NCBI RefSeq assembly: GCF_009914755.1
Contig: NC_060926.1
DNA length: 64,000 bases
Source of the DNA: the human T2T-CHM13v2.0 reference genome, Homo sapiens
Strand: one strand, 5' to 3'
The notes under the pieces: generated by a model
What the model was told of the DNA's origin: nothing
Seen by the model: the letters and a program-made list of their open reading frames with translations, nothing else
Database searches by the model: none
Position numbers and translations under genes: made by a program
Shown: piece after piece, positions 16,602-28,894 of the stretch
Position numbering within the stretch: position 1 is the stretch's first letter
Layout: each line of letters starts with the position of its first letter

Positions 16602-17452
16602 TGGAAAATTTCTACCAAGAAGTGGGGCATTGCTATAAAGATGGTAATGTGGAACTGGCTTTGGAACTGGGTAATAGGCAGAAGTTGGAAGAGTTTTGAG
16701 GTCTCAGAAAAAGATAGATAAGGGAAGTTTGGAACTTCTTAGAGAAGTGTTAAGTGATTCTGACCAAGTGTTGATAGAAATATAGACAGTGGAGGCTAGG
16801 CTGAGAAGGTCTCAGATGGAAGTAAGAAATTTATTGGGAACTGGAGTCAAGGTCACCCATGTTATGCCCTAGCAAAGAGTTTGGCAACACTGTGTTTATG
16901 TCCTGGGAATCTGTGGAAGTTTAAGCTTAAGAATGATGACTTGGGGTATCTGGCGGAAGTAATTTCTAAGTAACAAAGCATTCAGTGTGTGGCCTAGCTG
17001 CTTCTAATAGCCTAAAATCAGTTACAGGAGCAAAGAAGTGACTTATAGTTAGAACTTATATTTAAAAGGGAAGCAGATTGTAAAAGTTTGAAATATTTGT
17101 AGCCTGGCTATGTGGCAGAAAAATAAAAACCATTTTCAGGATTGGAATACAAGCATGTTATAAAGCAACCACTTGCTAGAAAGATTAACATGACTAAAAT
17201 GGAGCCAAGAGCTAATAGCCAAGATAATGGGGAAAAGGCCTTGAAGATATTTCAGAGATCTTAGAGACAGCCCTTACCATCACAGGTCAAGAGGCCAAGG
17301 AATAAAGAATGTTTTCAGGGGCCAGGCCCAGGGCCCCATTGCCCTGCACAGCCTGAAGACACTGCTCCCCACATCCCAGTTGCTCCAGCTCCAGCTGCAG
17401 CTCAAAGGGCCCCACATACAGCTCAAGCCACTGCTCAAGAGGGTGCAAGCCT
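16602..17452 (+). mobile_element. MST internal (MaLR-int) region, 3'-truncated with no 3' LTR
   Basis: gaagtggggcattgctataaagat...ctttggaactgggtaataggcagaagttggaagagttt...ggtctcagatgga; the MaLR internal sequence directly follows the LTR. Confidence 0.9.
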
Positions 17453-20313
17453 CTAAAATAGAAATTCCTAATCCTGCTCCACAGAAATGGTATCAGAATT
17501 AAATTAATGGATAGAAAATATGGGAAAACACTTAGAACAGAGACAAGTACTCAATATATATTTATAGAGACTTACTTACATTTAGAATTCTCTAAGACCA
17601 GTAGTACCGGATGATCATTATAGTACAAATTTTAGCCACTCAAAGTACTTGCTTTCAATTCAGTAGAACATTTAGTATTAGTTCCATAATTAAGTAAAAT
17701 TTGTATCATTATAAATAGTTAAAATCCATTTACAGACATATATCAAGCTCATTATGTTCAGTTTTTTAAACTGTCTAATATTCTATAATGGCATACTTTA
17801 TATACATATAAAACATTAAAAATAAAGAAGTTCATCTCTCATTGTTTATGTTTAAATACATATTTAAGTTCTGGAATCATATTTTAAAATATGTAAAAAG
17901 CTATAAATGGTAACATTTCTGCAAGTGGACTAGCAGGAGGATTTTTTACTTTTAATTTTAAGCCCTTATGTATTGTTTAAGGATTTTACAAACAGCATAT
18001 ATAACTCACATACTTAATCAAAATAGCATGTATTTTTCCAAAAATACAGTCATTATAAAGTGGAATATATCCTTTTTCTGATGAAGCATTTTTAATAGTA
18101 GGTATATTTAAAAAAATACATTTTGAAGGACAAGAGTTGACTTGTTAAGTCATTACATCATCTTCTGTTTGTAGGCTTTTATTATACTCACACAAACAAG
18201 CTTTATTTTGAATACTTTCATGAACTCACACCTCTCTCATCCGAAGCTAAGACTGTTCCAAAAGTTGAATTTTGCAAGCCAGTCAATTAGTAGCAAATGC
18301 AATGACTTCATATTTTGGGAAAGTTGACATATTTTTAAAAACTTTTTTTCCATATGCTACACTTGGCACTAACTTCAAAATGCTCCAGATTGTTCTGGAT
18401 CATTTCATGGCAAAATTCATTTCTGTATTACCTCATTTTCTTCCCCAAAGGATGCCTTTTTTCTGTTCAAGTTAAGTAGACATTAATATCTCAGCAGGGA
18501 AAATATGACTCTTGTAATTTTTATAATACCCTTTTCAGTCCCAAATATTAGAGTGGTATTACAGTTACTGCTCTATAACTATACAAGATTCCTTTAAGTT
18601 TAGTTCAGTTCAACAAATATTTATTGATCATCTTATATGCCACAAACTAGGGTAATTTTTAGAGTTACAAAATTAGCTCAGTGTTTAAATGTTCTGCTGT
18701 TCAAATATTCATCAACCAAAGGGGAAAAAGATATCTAAAGAGAATTTCAATATGACCCCTGAGGGTCAAGAACCCACAACGGAGGGGAACCTCTCTGGTT
18801 TCTATTTTTCAAAATAAGCATGCACTCTTCCACTCAAATTTATATTTTTGTCTTATAGGTTCCTACTAGGTAAAGTCACTTTGTACCTTTTTTGTACCAG
18901 GCTTTCTATATAGCTGTAAATAATCAGACTCTGAATAATATTCTGTGAATAACAATAATTAGTGTCTGGAAAAAAATATGGCAAGGACATATACTTTGGG
19001 TCTCACAATATGTGAAACTAAATCCAGTATGAGAAACTTAGATCCTAAGAGAGCAAAAATGAATGCAGCTGACAGAAAGAAGAGTGGAGATAAAGAATGA
19101 GGAAAAGGAGAGAAAATGAGTCGGTTCTATAATTCTTCTCTCCTATAAGCAAAGACATCTGCAATCCAGGAAATGCCTTTAATCTCCCATGTAACTAAGG
19201 TCATAGCTTTGCTTTCACGTACCTATTTTGAACTATTTGTCTAAAGCAGTGGGACAATGTGCTCTTGACTGTTGCTGTGAAAACACACAACATGAGAAGA
19301 ACTTAACCTTGAAATTGAGTCCATTTTTGAAGGAAAAAATGTCTTATGGGGGAATAGAAAGCAGTCTGCATGAACCTTACCTGGGAAAGCAGCCATAAAA
19401 CACAGTGTTGGTTCAAAGGACAGTTGTGACTTAGAAAAAATATTTTACTATAAAAATATTATAGTAGGAAAAATTAAATGACACATAGTGCATGAGTGAT
19501 GAGGCATGGAGTAAGGCACAGGTTTCTCTAAATACTGAATTAATTATTGTTTTTTGCATATCTTTTTCTTTACTAAAAGCAATTTCAAAGGTTAGATATC
19601 CTTTTTTTTTTTGAGGGAGAAATATTCAGATTCCTATAGTTTCTAAAGTCTCTGTGACCCAATTTTACCCTTTTGTTAGTTTTGAGATCACTATTAACAA
19701 CAAATCAACCACGGCCTCAAAATAATTTTAATTACTTTCACTTATCATACTTAAAGAGATGACTGCTAGAGGACTAATTTCATTAAAAAAACTGAAAAGC
19801 CACATTTACAAAATGTGTGTTGCATGAATGCATTGCTTAAAAAATTATCAAAGATCTACTTTTTACTCAGTATTATATATGGGGCACAAAATGAAAGCAC
19901 AGGTGGAATCTTCAAAGATTTTCTACAAAGAATTTTTTATGTCATGACTTAAAAGTGAAAGCATCTCCATCTAAAATTCTTTTCAGGTGAATATACTGTT
20001 GCATCTTACTGTAACATGTATTCTCTAACTTGAAAGTATGCCTTCAGGTTAAAGGAAATCTGAGCTAAAGATTCTATGAATGAACAAATAAATATAAATG
20101 GATAGAAATCATCACTCTATAATTGTTTACATATTTTCCTTTCACACTATGGATCTCTTTAAAAATACTTTCTAAACAAAGAAGAATGAAGCACCTTTAT
20201 CTTCAACAAAGTTAACAGGAAATATGACCATATAGGAGATTTAGTTGTCAAAATATGCCCTCATAATGTAAATCTGAACAAAATGTTAAATCGAATATTT
20301 ATATTTTTATATC

Positions 20314-20609
20314 TTTTTTTTTTTTTTGAGATGGAGTCTCGCTCTGTCACCCAGGCTGAAGTGCCATGGCACAATCTCAGCTCACTGAAACCTCCAGCTC
20401 CCAGGTTCAAGTGATTCTCCTGCCTCAGCCTCCTGAGTAGTTGGGATTACAGGTGTGCGCCACAAAGCCTGGCTAATTTTTTTGTATTTTTAGTAGAGAT
20501 GGGGTTTCACCATGTTGGTCAGGCTGGTCTCGAGCTCCTGACCTCGTGATCCGCCCACCTCGGCCTCCCAAACTGCTGGGATTACAGGCATGAGTCACCA
20601 CACCCAGCC
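20314..20609 (-). mobile_element. AluS
   Basis: Full Alu in reverse, with tatatttttat(a/t)tct on both sides as TSD. Confidence 0.97.
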
Positions 20610-22314
20610 TATATTTTTATTTCTAAACCAATGTAATTTACCAAATAGCATTACTTCATAAATATATTTTGCTAGCTAGCTTAGAGATCCTATCTTTGAT
20701 TTGTTGAATGAGGTACAGACTATAGTTTATTGATTTTATGGATTCTGTTTTCTCATCTTCACAATGGGGACAATGGCTGCTTCTGTCAGGTAATATGATG
20801 ACAGTGTTTTGTCATAAATTGTACAGTTTCTCAATGTTTAAACTCTTTCAGAGATAATGTTATTTCTCAAGTTTGTCAAATTAGGATAATAGAAGAGTTT
20901 TCCAGGTACAGTATTATCTATCTTTAGAGTACACGTATAGGTCTGGAGGAATATCATGCTTAATTGATTCAAGATTTTTGCAAGATAGATCCAAAGTGGT
21001 TAATAAGAAATACAACTTAATAAAAATAATGATATTTGAAAATAATTATTTAGACATCTGGAATTCAGAAGAAAGTGAGTAAAAAGGAAAAAATTAGTTT
21101 TATTATGTATAACCCTTTATATTAGCATGTTAACAAAGTTCCAAGATTAGCAGAGATCAGAATAGTGGAAAGAAATCTCCAACTCTTGCTGGGGAAGCTT
21201 TTGACTCAGCCCACACTTCAACTTGGCTCTCATTCTTCTTGTCCTCTACAGGGAAAATGAGATCTTTTTGCCCTTTTCTGTCTTTCTGCCATGCATGGTG
21301 ACTTAGAATGTTAATGTAGCTTTTCCACAATGTGTGTAAGCAAACACTGTCTTTGTGGCCTCAGGAAAATATGACACCTTGTTTTATTATGTGGCTCTGT
21401 TATTGAATACTTGTGCATTAAATTTTAAAAATTCTTTTAAAAAATACTTAAAATTTTTGCATATTGCACTGTTTGTTAATACTGGTATTTGAACACTTTC
21501 TAAGATCTTGCATTTTAAGTTCTGCCTCTCTTTATCTACATATCCTTTTATTGCCTCACTATCAATAATGAAAAACTGATGTATTTATTCCATCACCAAG
21601 TACATTTATGTCTTTCATAGTTAACTCTGCATGAGATTTAAGTAGATGGGGCCAGACTACTTCAGTTAACTAATTTCCTACCATATTCTTGATATGTTTG
21701 AAAAAAAAAGATAAAAATATACTTGTAGGATAAACAGTGAATTTTGACTTCTCTCCCAAAGTACATAACCTAGATTAGAAAAATGTGGCTTCAATTACAA
21801 TTGCTAATTATTGTAGCATTCTTTCCCTCTGCACCCAGGTACAGTCTTTTTCAAGTAATGTTCAAGGTAACAACTACTGCTCTTTAACTGTTGGCACAGG
21901 AATATAAATGTATTTGTATTCCCTAATATAGAAAGGTTTGTACAATTTTGAATTTATATTATCTATGCAGTTGTAAGAATCCTATAATTAGTAGTTCTCA
22001 GTTTAAGTGGACAAAATATTGAAATAAATATTTTACCTTTCCCTTGGTAATCATTGACACAGGCAAAGCACTTATATCCACCTGAATTATTTAGAAGTAA
22101 TAAGCAGTTTTCCATAAGGCCAGACAAAGGCACTATGTTCCACTTTGCAAATTATGTAAAGTTCCAATCCCAGGAACTAGAGACTAGGCAGGAAAAAAAT
22201 GCTGAATTTTTAAAATAAATAGCAGCTGCTATTATTTTGTTAGAATTATAAAATATATTTAATATATTGTTACCAATTACGTGCATGAGTGATCTGTAAC
22301 TAAGGCTTATATGA

Positions 22315-22850
22315 TCTTACAGGACAAAGTCCAAATACCTGAAAATAATCAAGGCCCTTTATAATCTGATCCCAACTTTTCTGCTTCATCTTTACTTTCT
22401 ACCTTGCTTCCACCAAAATGTAAGTTAAATTATAGCCTGCAGTTCCTGCAGAACCGTACCCAGGCATGGTATGGCTTGTCACATTCCCAGACATTTGAAA
22501 GTCACTCCCCACCCCACTGCCTTCAGTGCCCTTCCCTTCTCTGCTTTACAATTCCTACATATTTGTTAAGACCCAGGTCAAAATCAGCTCTCTGAAGCCT
22601 TCTCTAAACTTGGACAAGCTCAAACATTTCACGCCTGTATTACTGGAGCACTTTGTACAGACCTACATTATACCGGGTAATGATAATCACTGGATAATCA
22701 TATGACTATTAATCTCCCATAAACTAGATACATGGTCCTCAAAGACAGGAATTCATGGTGCTTTCATGTTTGTGTTTCCAGTTTCTTGAATAGTACTTAC
22801 ACAAAATAGAAGCTCAATAAAAACATTTTGAATGAATAAATGTTTGAATA
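22315..22850 (+). mobile_element. L2 3' end
   Basis: caaagtccaaatacct...aaggccctttataatctg...tgaagccttctct...agctcaataaaaacattttgaatgaataaatg. Confidence 0.75.
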
Positions 22851-23110
22851 AATCATACACTAACCTAAAGTAAATTTGAGTTATAACCAAGACCTTTTCT
22901 TAAGTCCACACTAATCTCCCTACTCCATTATCAAATGGTTTTTACTTTTTTTGCAGATCCACCAAAAGTGACAATCTTGCAACTTCTGTATTCACCCATC
23001 CCAATCCCTCCACTTTCTCCTCCTTCACCTAGAGGAAGTTATGAATATAAAACTGAGAGATTTAGGGTAAAAAGAATCATGCATCACAGAATAGACACGT
23101 TACAAGCATG

Positions 23111-23166
23111 ATTATTTGTTTCTCCTTGCGAACCAATTATTTGTTTCTTCTTGCGAACCAATTATT
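23111..23166. repeat. 25-bp tandem duplication (2.2 copies)
   Basis: attatttgtttctccttgcgaacca / attatttgtttcttcttgcgaacca / attatt; one mismatch. Confidence 0.95.
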
Positions 23167-23192
23167 GAATAATTTGTATTGAATAAATGAAC

Positions 23193-23293
23193 TGGAATGT
23201 TCTGAGGGACCCAAAGTGCACTTATTGGGTCACAGCTGACCCGTTTTTAAGGGTATAAATAGCACCCTACAGCTGAGAAAATTCCTTATAAGA
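23193..23293. promoter_or_regulatory. Candidate striated-muscle enhancer/promoter module
   Basis: M-CAT TGGAATG 23193-23199; AAGTGCACTT (NKX-type palindrome) 23214-23223; CAGCTG 23233-23238 and 23270-23275; MEF2/TATA-like GTATAAATAG 23253-23262; CArG-like CCTTATAAGA 23284-23293. Confidence 0.5.
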
Positions 23294-23733
23294 GTTACCT
23301 AACTTAAACTTGGAGAGCAACGAGCTGCTTGTAATTTATTATAAAAGAAGTTATCATCTTTTGTTGGGATTCTCTCTCTTCCCTAAAGAATGTATACACT
23401 TTAATCATTGTAATAAGAGAAATCTTCCCTTCATTTACTCCTCCATGGCCAATTCCAACGGTGATTTCTTTTTTAATGCATATCTATTATATCTTAACTG
23501 TTTACATTAAGGATATGAGGCAGTTTAGACAACAACAAAAACGCATATAATAAAATATAATTAGAAATAGAAAATAGTTGTCATAGAATAGATAAGGTAA
23601 ATACATAATTTGTAAGAGCAACATAGATGCCATCATTTAGCTTAAATTCTGACTTTAAGTTCCCTGAAAAACAAGGTAAAAATGAAGGCTAAAATGAGTC
23701 ATCTAATTCTCACTGTTTAAAAAGGAGAAAAGC

Positions 23734-24058
<325 letters not shown>

Positions 24059-24334
24059 CTAAGAAAAGCTAAGATTTTTCTGACTCCAGATTTTAAAAGA
24101 AAATTCTCATTGTAACTTTGTATATGAAATATGAGATACTAAGTAATTAGTAAATTTTACCCTCAACAATTATGTTTATAATATTTGCTGGAAAATCTTA
24201 TGACTATTATTTATTTTATTATATGATACAGGCTTATTATTAAAATTCAGTGAAGATGATTATACATCAGGTCAAGTTATTACGGTCTTTTTGGTCTAAT
24301 TTCTTCCAAAGACCACTGTTAGAGTAGCTGGGAA

Positions 24335-24490
24335 AGTAGTTCTAAATTCTATGTGAGCTATGAACCCTTCTAAGAATCTTTTGAATACTACAGACCTCTC
24401 AGCACAAAAATGCACCGGCATACTAGCTTTGTATACAATTTCAGGAAGCTCATTCATCCCTTGAAGCCCATCCATATGTCCTAAAGGACC
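24335..24490 (+). mobile_element. MER103-like hAT-Charlie element
   Basis: gaacccttctaagaatctt...aaaaatgcac...tacaatttcagg...ccttgaagcccatccat. Confidence 0.65.
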
Positions 24491-24869
24491 AGAGTATAGA
24501 TGGATTACACAGTCTTTAAATTTGCAGGCTTAACACTTTTGATTTAAAAAAAATGAGGAGTAAATGATTCAAGGCTGTAGTTTTACTGAAATTCCTAAAA
24601 TATTTCTTCTGAATGACTCTGTGAACCCACAGGGCAAAATTCCTTTTCTCATGCTAAAAGTATACTTAACTGCTGAGACAATGTCACTTTTGCTTTCCAT
24701 AGGCATTTTTTACGGCTGGATGAAAGGGTATCCTTAGGTGCTGATTGCTAAACTGACAGGTCATAAAACTGACATCTCATTATCAAAGGCCACAGAGAGG
24801 CAGGGTGCAGAGGTACCTAAGGCAAAACAAAATTTTCTTCAAAGAGATACTCGAGATACTCAGCTCAAG

Positions 24870-25075
24870 ACATGTTAGTGGAGTGTTTTGTATGTCCTTT
24901 ACACTTTGTGTACATTATTTCATTTACAATAAATTAGTCATTATCACACTATAAATATGAAGCAACCAAGGCTCAGAGACATTAAATAACTTGCTCAACT
25001 TTTCATAGTTAGTAACAAAGCTAAATTTCAATCTGAGATATATAACTCCAAGCTCGTGGTCTTTCTAGCACACAC
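24870..25075 (-). mobile_element. MIR
   Basis: atgaagcaaccaaggctcagagacattaaataacttgctcaa...aactccaagctc. Confidence 0.75.
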
Positions 25076-25599
25076 TGTTTTGATTTGGGAAACTCTACAT
25101 TCTAAGAGACTCCTTTCATAACTCTGCTCAGAAAGAAGGTAAATAAGATGAAGGTTTTTTGTTAAGATTTAAACATTGGCATTAGGTTAAGGGTATTCCC
25201 TGAATGGACTCTCCCATCTACTTCCCTAGTAGTTATGTAGTCATTTATTTAACCAGACTTGTCCAATATGCACTGGTTGTTTGTGGGTTTTAGAATATAT
25301 AACTCCTCTTAAAGGGAGTGAAATATTTTATATATATATATATATCTCAGCAGTTAAAAATGCTGTTTGTATAAGTAATTACCATTATTGTAGTGAATTT
25401 TGCTTGTGGGCAAAAAGTCAGAAATATACACATAAAATATTTTAGGAATGTCAAAGATGAATGGAATGGGATAATAATAGGCTCTATCTAGGGAAGGTAG
25501 ATGAGATATTCCAGAACCCACTAGGATGAAATAAAGCATCTAATCTCCCTTATTTGGGATGTACTTAAGTTCAAAATTGTCACACATAAAGTTTTTCTT

Positions 25600-26850
25600 T
25601 TCCTTTAAAATATCTAAAAGAATAACAACAGTAAAATGTTTTAAGCTAAAATATTTTAAGCTAAGAGTAAAGATAATAGAAAAAGTTATAAAAATGTAAA
25701 GCTAAAATCAAAATTAAAATATCACTGTAAAATGATCAAAAAATGAGAAAAAATAATAAAAACAGATTTGCCTGTTGGGTCCCAATATTTTTAATGAAAG
25801 GCAAATGATGTGTTCCATCTTAAAACATAGTTAATTATTTAAAAACCTCTAGTACAAATAAGTAATTAATATAGATATAGTTATAATTTATACATGTATT
25901 TATGCTGTTCAATTATTTTTCTGTAAAAAATATAAAAATTTTTTTAAAAGAACGATAGACCAAAGAATCCACCCATTCACGGAGAAAATAAAATAAGTCA
26001 TATACAGGGGCAAAAAAATTAAGCTAGCCTCAGACATCACACCAACAATCTTTAGTACCAGAAAATAATAGAACAGTATCTACAAAATTCTTCTTGGAAT
26101 ATAATCCAAGTATTTTACAACATTTTAAAATTTGTAATTTGTAGAAATTTTGAATTTGTAGAAATTCAAAAACTCAGAGAATATAATATCTCTGAGTACT
26201 TACTGACAATGAAATTCAGCCATCAAATATGTGAATGAAAACAAGGAACTGAAGAATGAAGAAGCTGTGATAAAAAGACTGGTAGAGAAAATGAAATTCA
26301 TTTAAATGTAAAGCCAAAACTAAACCGTGGGAATTACAGCTATAGAACTAAATGGTAATGTTATAAAAGCTGAAAAGTAAACATTATATTACATTGAGTA
26401 AAAAACGGAAACAAAGAAATGGGTGGATGAAGGAAGAGTACTCACTTCGTCACCTTTCACAGCAGAAATCAGTCAATAGGGTATAAAATTGAAACATAAA
26501 CTTAAAACTTTTTACCATTTCTCATCTTTTTTAAATGCAGAAAGCTTTTAGGAAGACTATCTCTGATGAAGAAACATCTATCAGAAGCTTAAAAAAATCT
26601 TTCATTTTCCTTTTCTTTTGTTAAATTCCAGCAAATTTAAATTTATTACTTTTAATGTAAAATGTATATTTAGATTGCAATTTTTATGCACTGTTTCCAA
26701 TCATCCATAGCTGTATTCCTATCTTTATAGATGCATTAAGCAATGTCTGGAAAGATGTTCTATATTATATTAATTTTTTTTCTGGGTGATTGGGCATGGA
26801 AGGAAGATACTTTGTTCTCTTGTACATTTCTTAATTGTTTAAATGTTGAT
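25600..26850 (+). mobile_element. HAL1 or ancient L1 ORF1-like remnant
   Basis: aagtcatatacaggggcaaaaaaattaagctagcctcagacatc encodes an ORF1 C-terminal-like V.Y.GKKIKLASD, in an A-rich degenerate context. Confidence 0.5.
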
Positions 26851-27548
26851 AAAGAGGGTTATTATTTCTATGAAAAATAATAATTCTACAACATTCTACT
26901 TAAAATCATGGAAGTATCACAAAAGAGGGTAGTAGGTAGATAATCTTGAAAATAATAAATACTTGCGGTATGTTATGCATTCTTTTTTATATGGAAAGAT
27001 TGTGCAGTAATTTTAGAAGAAAAATTAAATTTAAAAAGTGAAATAAAATTGTATTTCTTCTATCACTTAAAGCTGTAAGCTGACATCTCAAGTTAACTTT
27101 CCTAACTCAAACATCCTTTAAACAGAATTCAAAAATCAGATTATAGATAGAAAATAGTATTATAATATAAACTTTATTTTTAGTAAAAGTTATTTGAAAA
27201 ATAGCCCTTTATTATTGTGTCATTAGATAATTAAATTAGACAATATAAATTATTTACTTTCAGATTGTTTCTTAGAAAGCATGTTTGTTGAAATTCAATA
27301 AAATAAAGAAGGTATTATGTAATAATTTCCTGCTGTTGTTGAATATTTTTCCATATCCATTAAACTTACAACTTGAATAAATGACTACTCAACAATTAAT
27401 ATTTCTAACAACTTAAACTGTTCATTTTAATAAGCTAAACAACTCACATGCTAACTTTTGTCAGGGCAGCAATAAATAAAAGGTGATATACAGCTCAGTG
27501 TTTCTATGTTGAAGCTAAAGAATTCCTCTTTAAGACAATTAAAAATAT

Positions 27549-27690
27549 TGAGGTGGAAGGATCACCCGAGCCCGGGGAGGTCAAGGCTGCAATGAGCCAT
27601 GATCATGCCGCTACACTCCAGCCTGGGTGACAGAGTAAGACCTTGTCTCAAAAAATAAAATAAAATAAAAATTAATTTTTAAAATAAAGA
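27549..27690 (+). mobile_element. 5'-truncated AluJ right arm with (TAAAA)n tail
   Basis: ggatcacccgagcccggggaggtcaaggctgcaatgagccatgatc...gaccttgtctcaaaaaataaaataaaa. Confidence 0.9.
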
Positions 27691-27882
27691 TTTTTTAAAG
27701 ACAAAAGTAAATGAAATTATAGCAAGTGTTTATTCAAGTAGTTAAAGATCAAGATATTAAAATCCCACCTTTGTCATATAGTTAATTCTATTTATGGAAG
27801 TTTTTCTAATTTCTATTTATAGGTGATTATAAGTCATATAGAAAAAAGTTTCTGGTTCTTGTATAATTATCTTCTATTCAGC

Positions 27883-28336
27883 TGTTACGCACGTCCATAT
27901 AAGAGACCACCTGAGCAGGCTTAGTGTGAGCAACAAGGCTATTTATTCACCTGGGTGCAAGTGGGCTGAGTCTGGGAAAAGAGTCAGCAAAGGGTGGTGG
28001 GATTATCATTGGTTCTTATAGGTTTGGGATAGGTGGTGGAGTCAGGAGCAATTTTTTCAATTTTTTGCAGGTAGGGGATGGATGTTACAAAGTACATTCT
28101 CAAAGACAGGGAGGATGTTACAAAGAACATTCACAAGGGTGGGGAGAGTGTATTGTCACAGGGCAGGGAGGATGTTACATAGTACATTCACAAGGGCAGG
28201 GAGGGTGTATTGTCACAAGGACAGGGAGGAATGTTACAAAGTACATTCACAAGGAATATCACAAAGTATATTATCACAAGGGTAGGGAATGTCACCATGG
28301 CTTGACCATGGTGAGGCCAGCTCAGAGGACCTTACA
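27883..28336 (-). mobile_element. ERV1 solo LTR of the HERV-H/HERV-F group (LTR7/LTR21-like)
   Basis: TG...CA ends with a perfect 5-bp TSD TCAGC (27878-82 / 28337-41). U5 aagagaccacc...tgtgagcaac...cacctgggtgca as in LTR7 relatives. Minus-strand TATAAGAA (28013-20) and AATAAA (27942-47). U3 tandem repeats. Confidence 0.88.
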
Positions 28337-28410
28337 TCAGCCATTTAACCAAATTCTCTTGCTACAAACAATTTGTACATTTTTACTAACTTAAGTATGT
28401 CACAGGTTTC

Positions 28411-28803
28411 TGTATTACAGTAGTTTTTGCTTAGGCTGACATAACGAAATACCACAGAATGGGTGGCTTAAATAACAGAAATTTTCTTTCTCACAGTTCT
28501 AAAGGCTGTAAGTCCAAGATGACGGTGCCAGATGCATTGGTCTCTCCTGAGGCCTCTGTCTTTGGCTTGCAGGATAGCCACCTTCTCACTGTGTTCTCAC
28601 AAGTTCTTTCCTTTGTGTGCACTCTTCACTGGTGTTTCCTCCTCATTTTATAATGGCATCAGCCACACCAGATTAGGATTTCACCTTTAATGTCCCTATT
28701 TAATTTTAATTACCACTTTAACGACCCCATCTCTAAATACAGTAAACTTGGGTGTCAAGGCTTCAACGTATGAATTAAGTAGGACATAATTCAGTCCATA
28801 ATA
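28411..28803 (-). mobile_element. MLT1A/B solo LTR
   Basis: aaataccacagaatgggtggcttaaataacagaaatt...ctcacagttct...aagtccaagat...aattcagtccataata. Confidence 0.88.
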
Positions 28804-28894
28804 GGTTCTAAAAATACTAAGATAATATAGACAAGAAAAGAAAATTATTTTATGTTTCCTTTTCCATTATTTTAGGTGTTATTTCATTTGTATT

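Noticed and set aside
18859-18869. 11-nt + strand microexon-like ttatag|GTTCCTACTAG|gtaaag
   Set aside because: Weak donor, frame-shifting, and no other support.
22957-23066. + strand exon candidate (PPKVTILQLLYSPIPIPPLSPPSPRGSYEYKTERFR)
   Set aside because: Good acceptor but weak donor (AGG|gtaaaa). The Pro-richness comes from a C/T-rich tract and I recognise no homolog.
23294-23720. Known muscle micropeptide genes (PLN, MRLN, DWORF) downstream of the muscle module
   Set aside because: I saw no sequence encoding their peptides here or elsewhere in the window.
28065-28394. Repetitive 109-aa ORF (GGCYKVHSQG repeats); also CRISPR-like appearance
   Set aside because: It is the translation of LTR U3 tandem repeats. 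There are no unique spacers or cas genes, and the DNA is eukaryotic.
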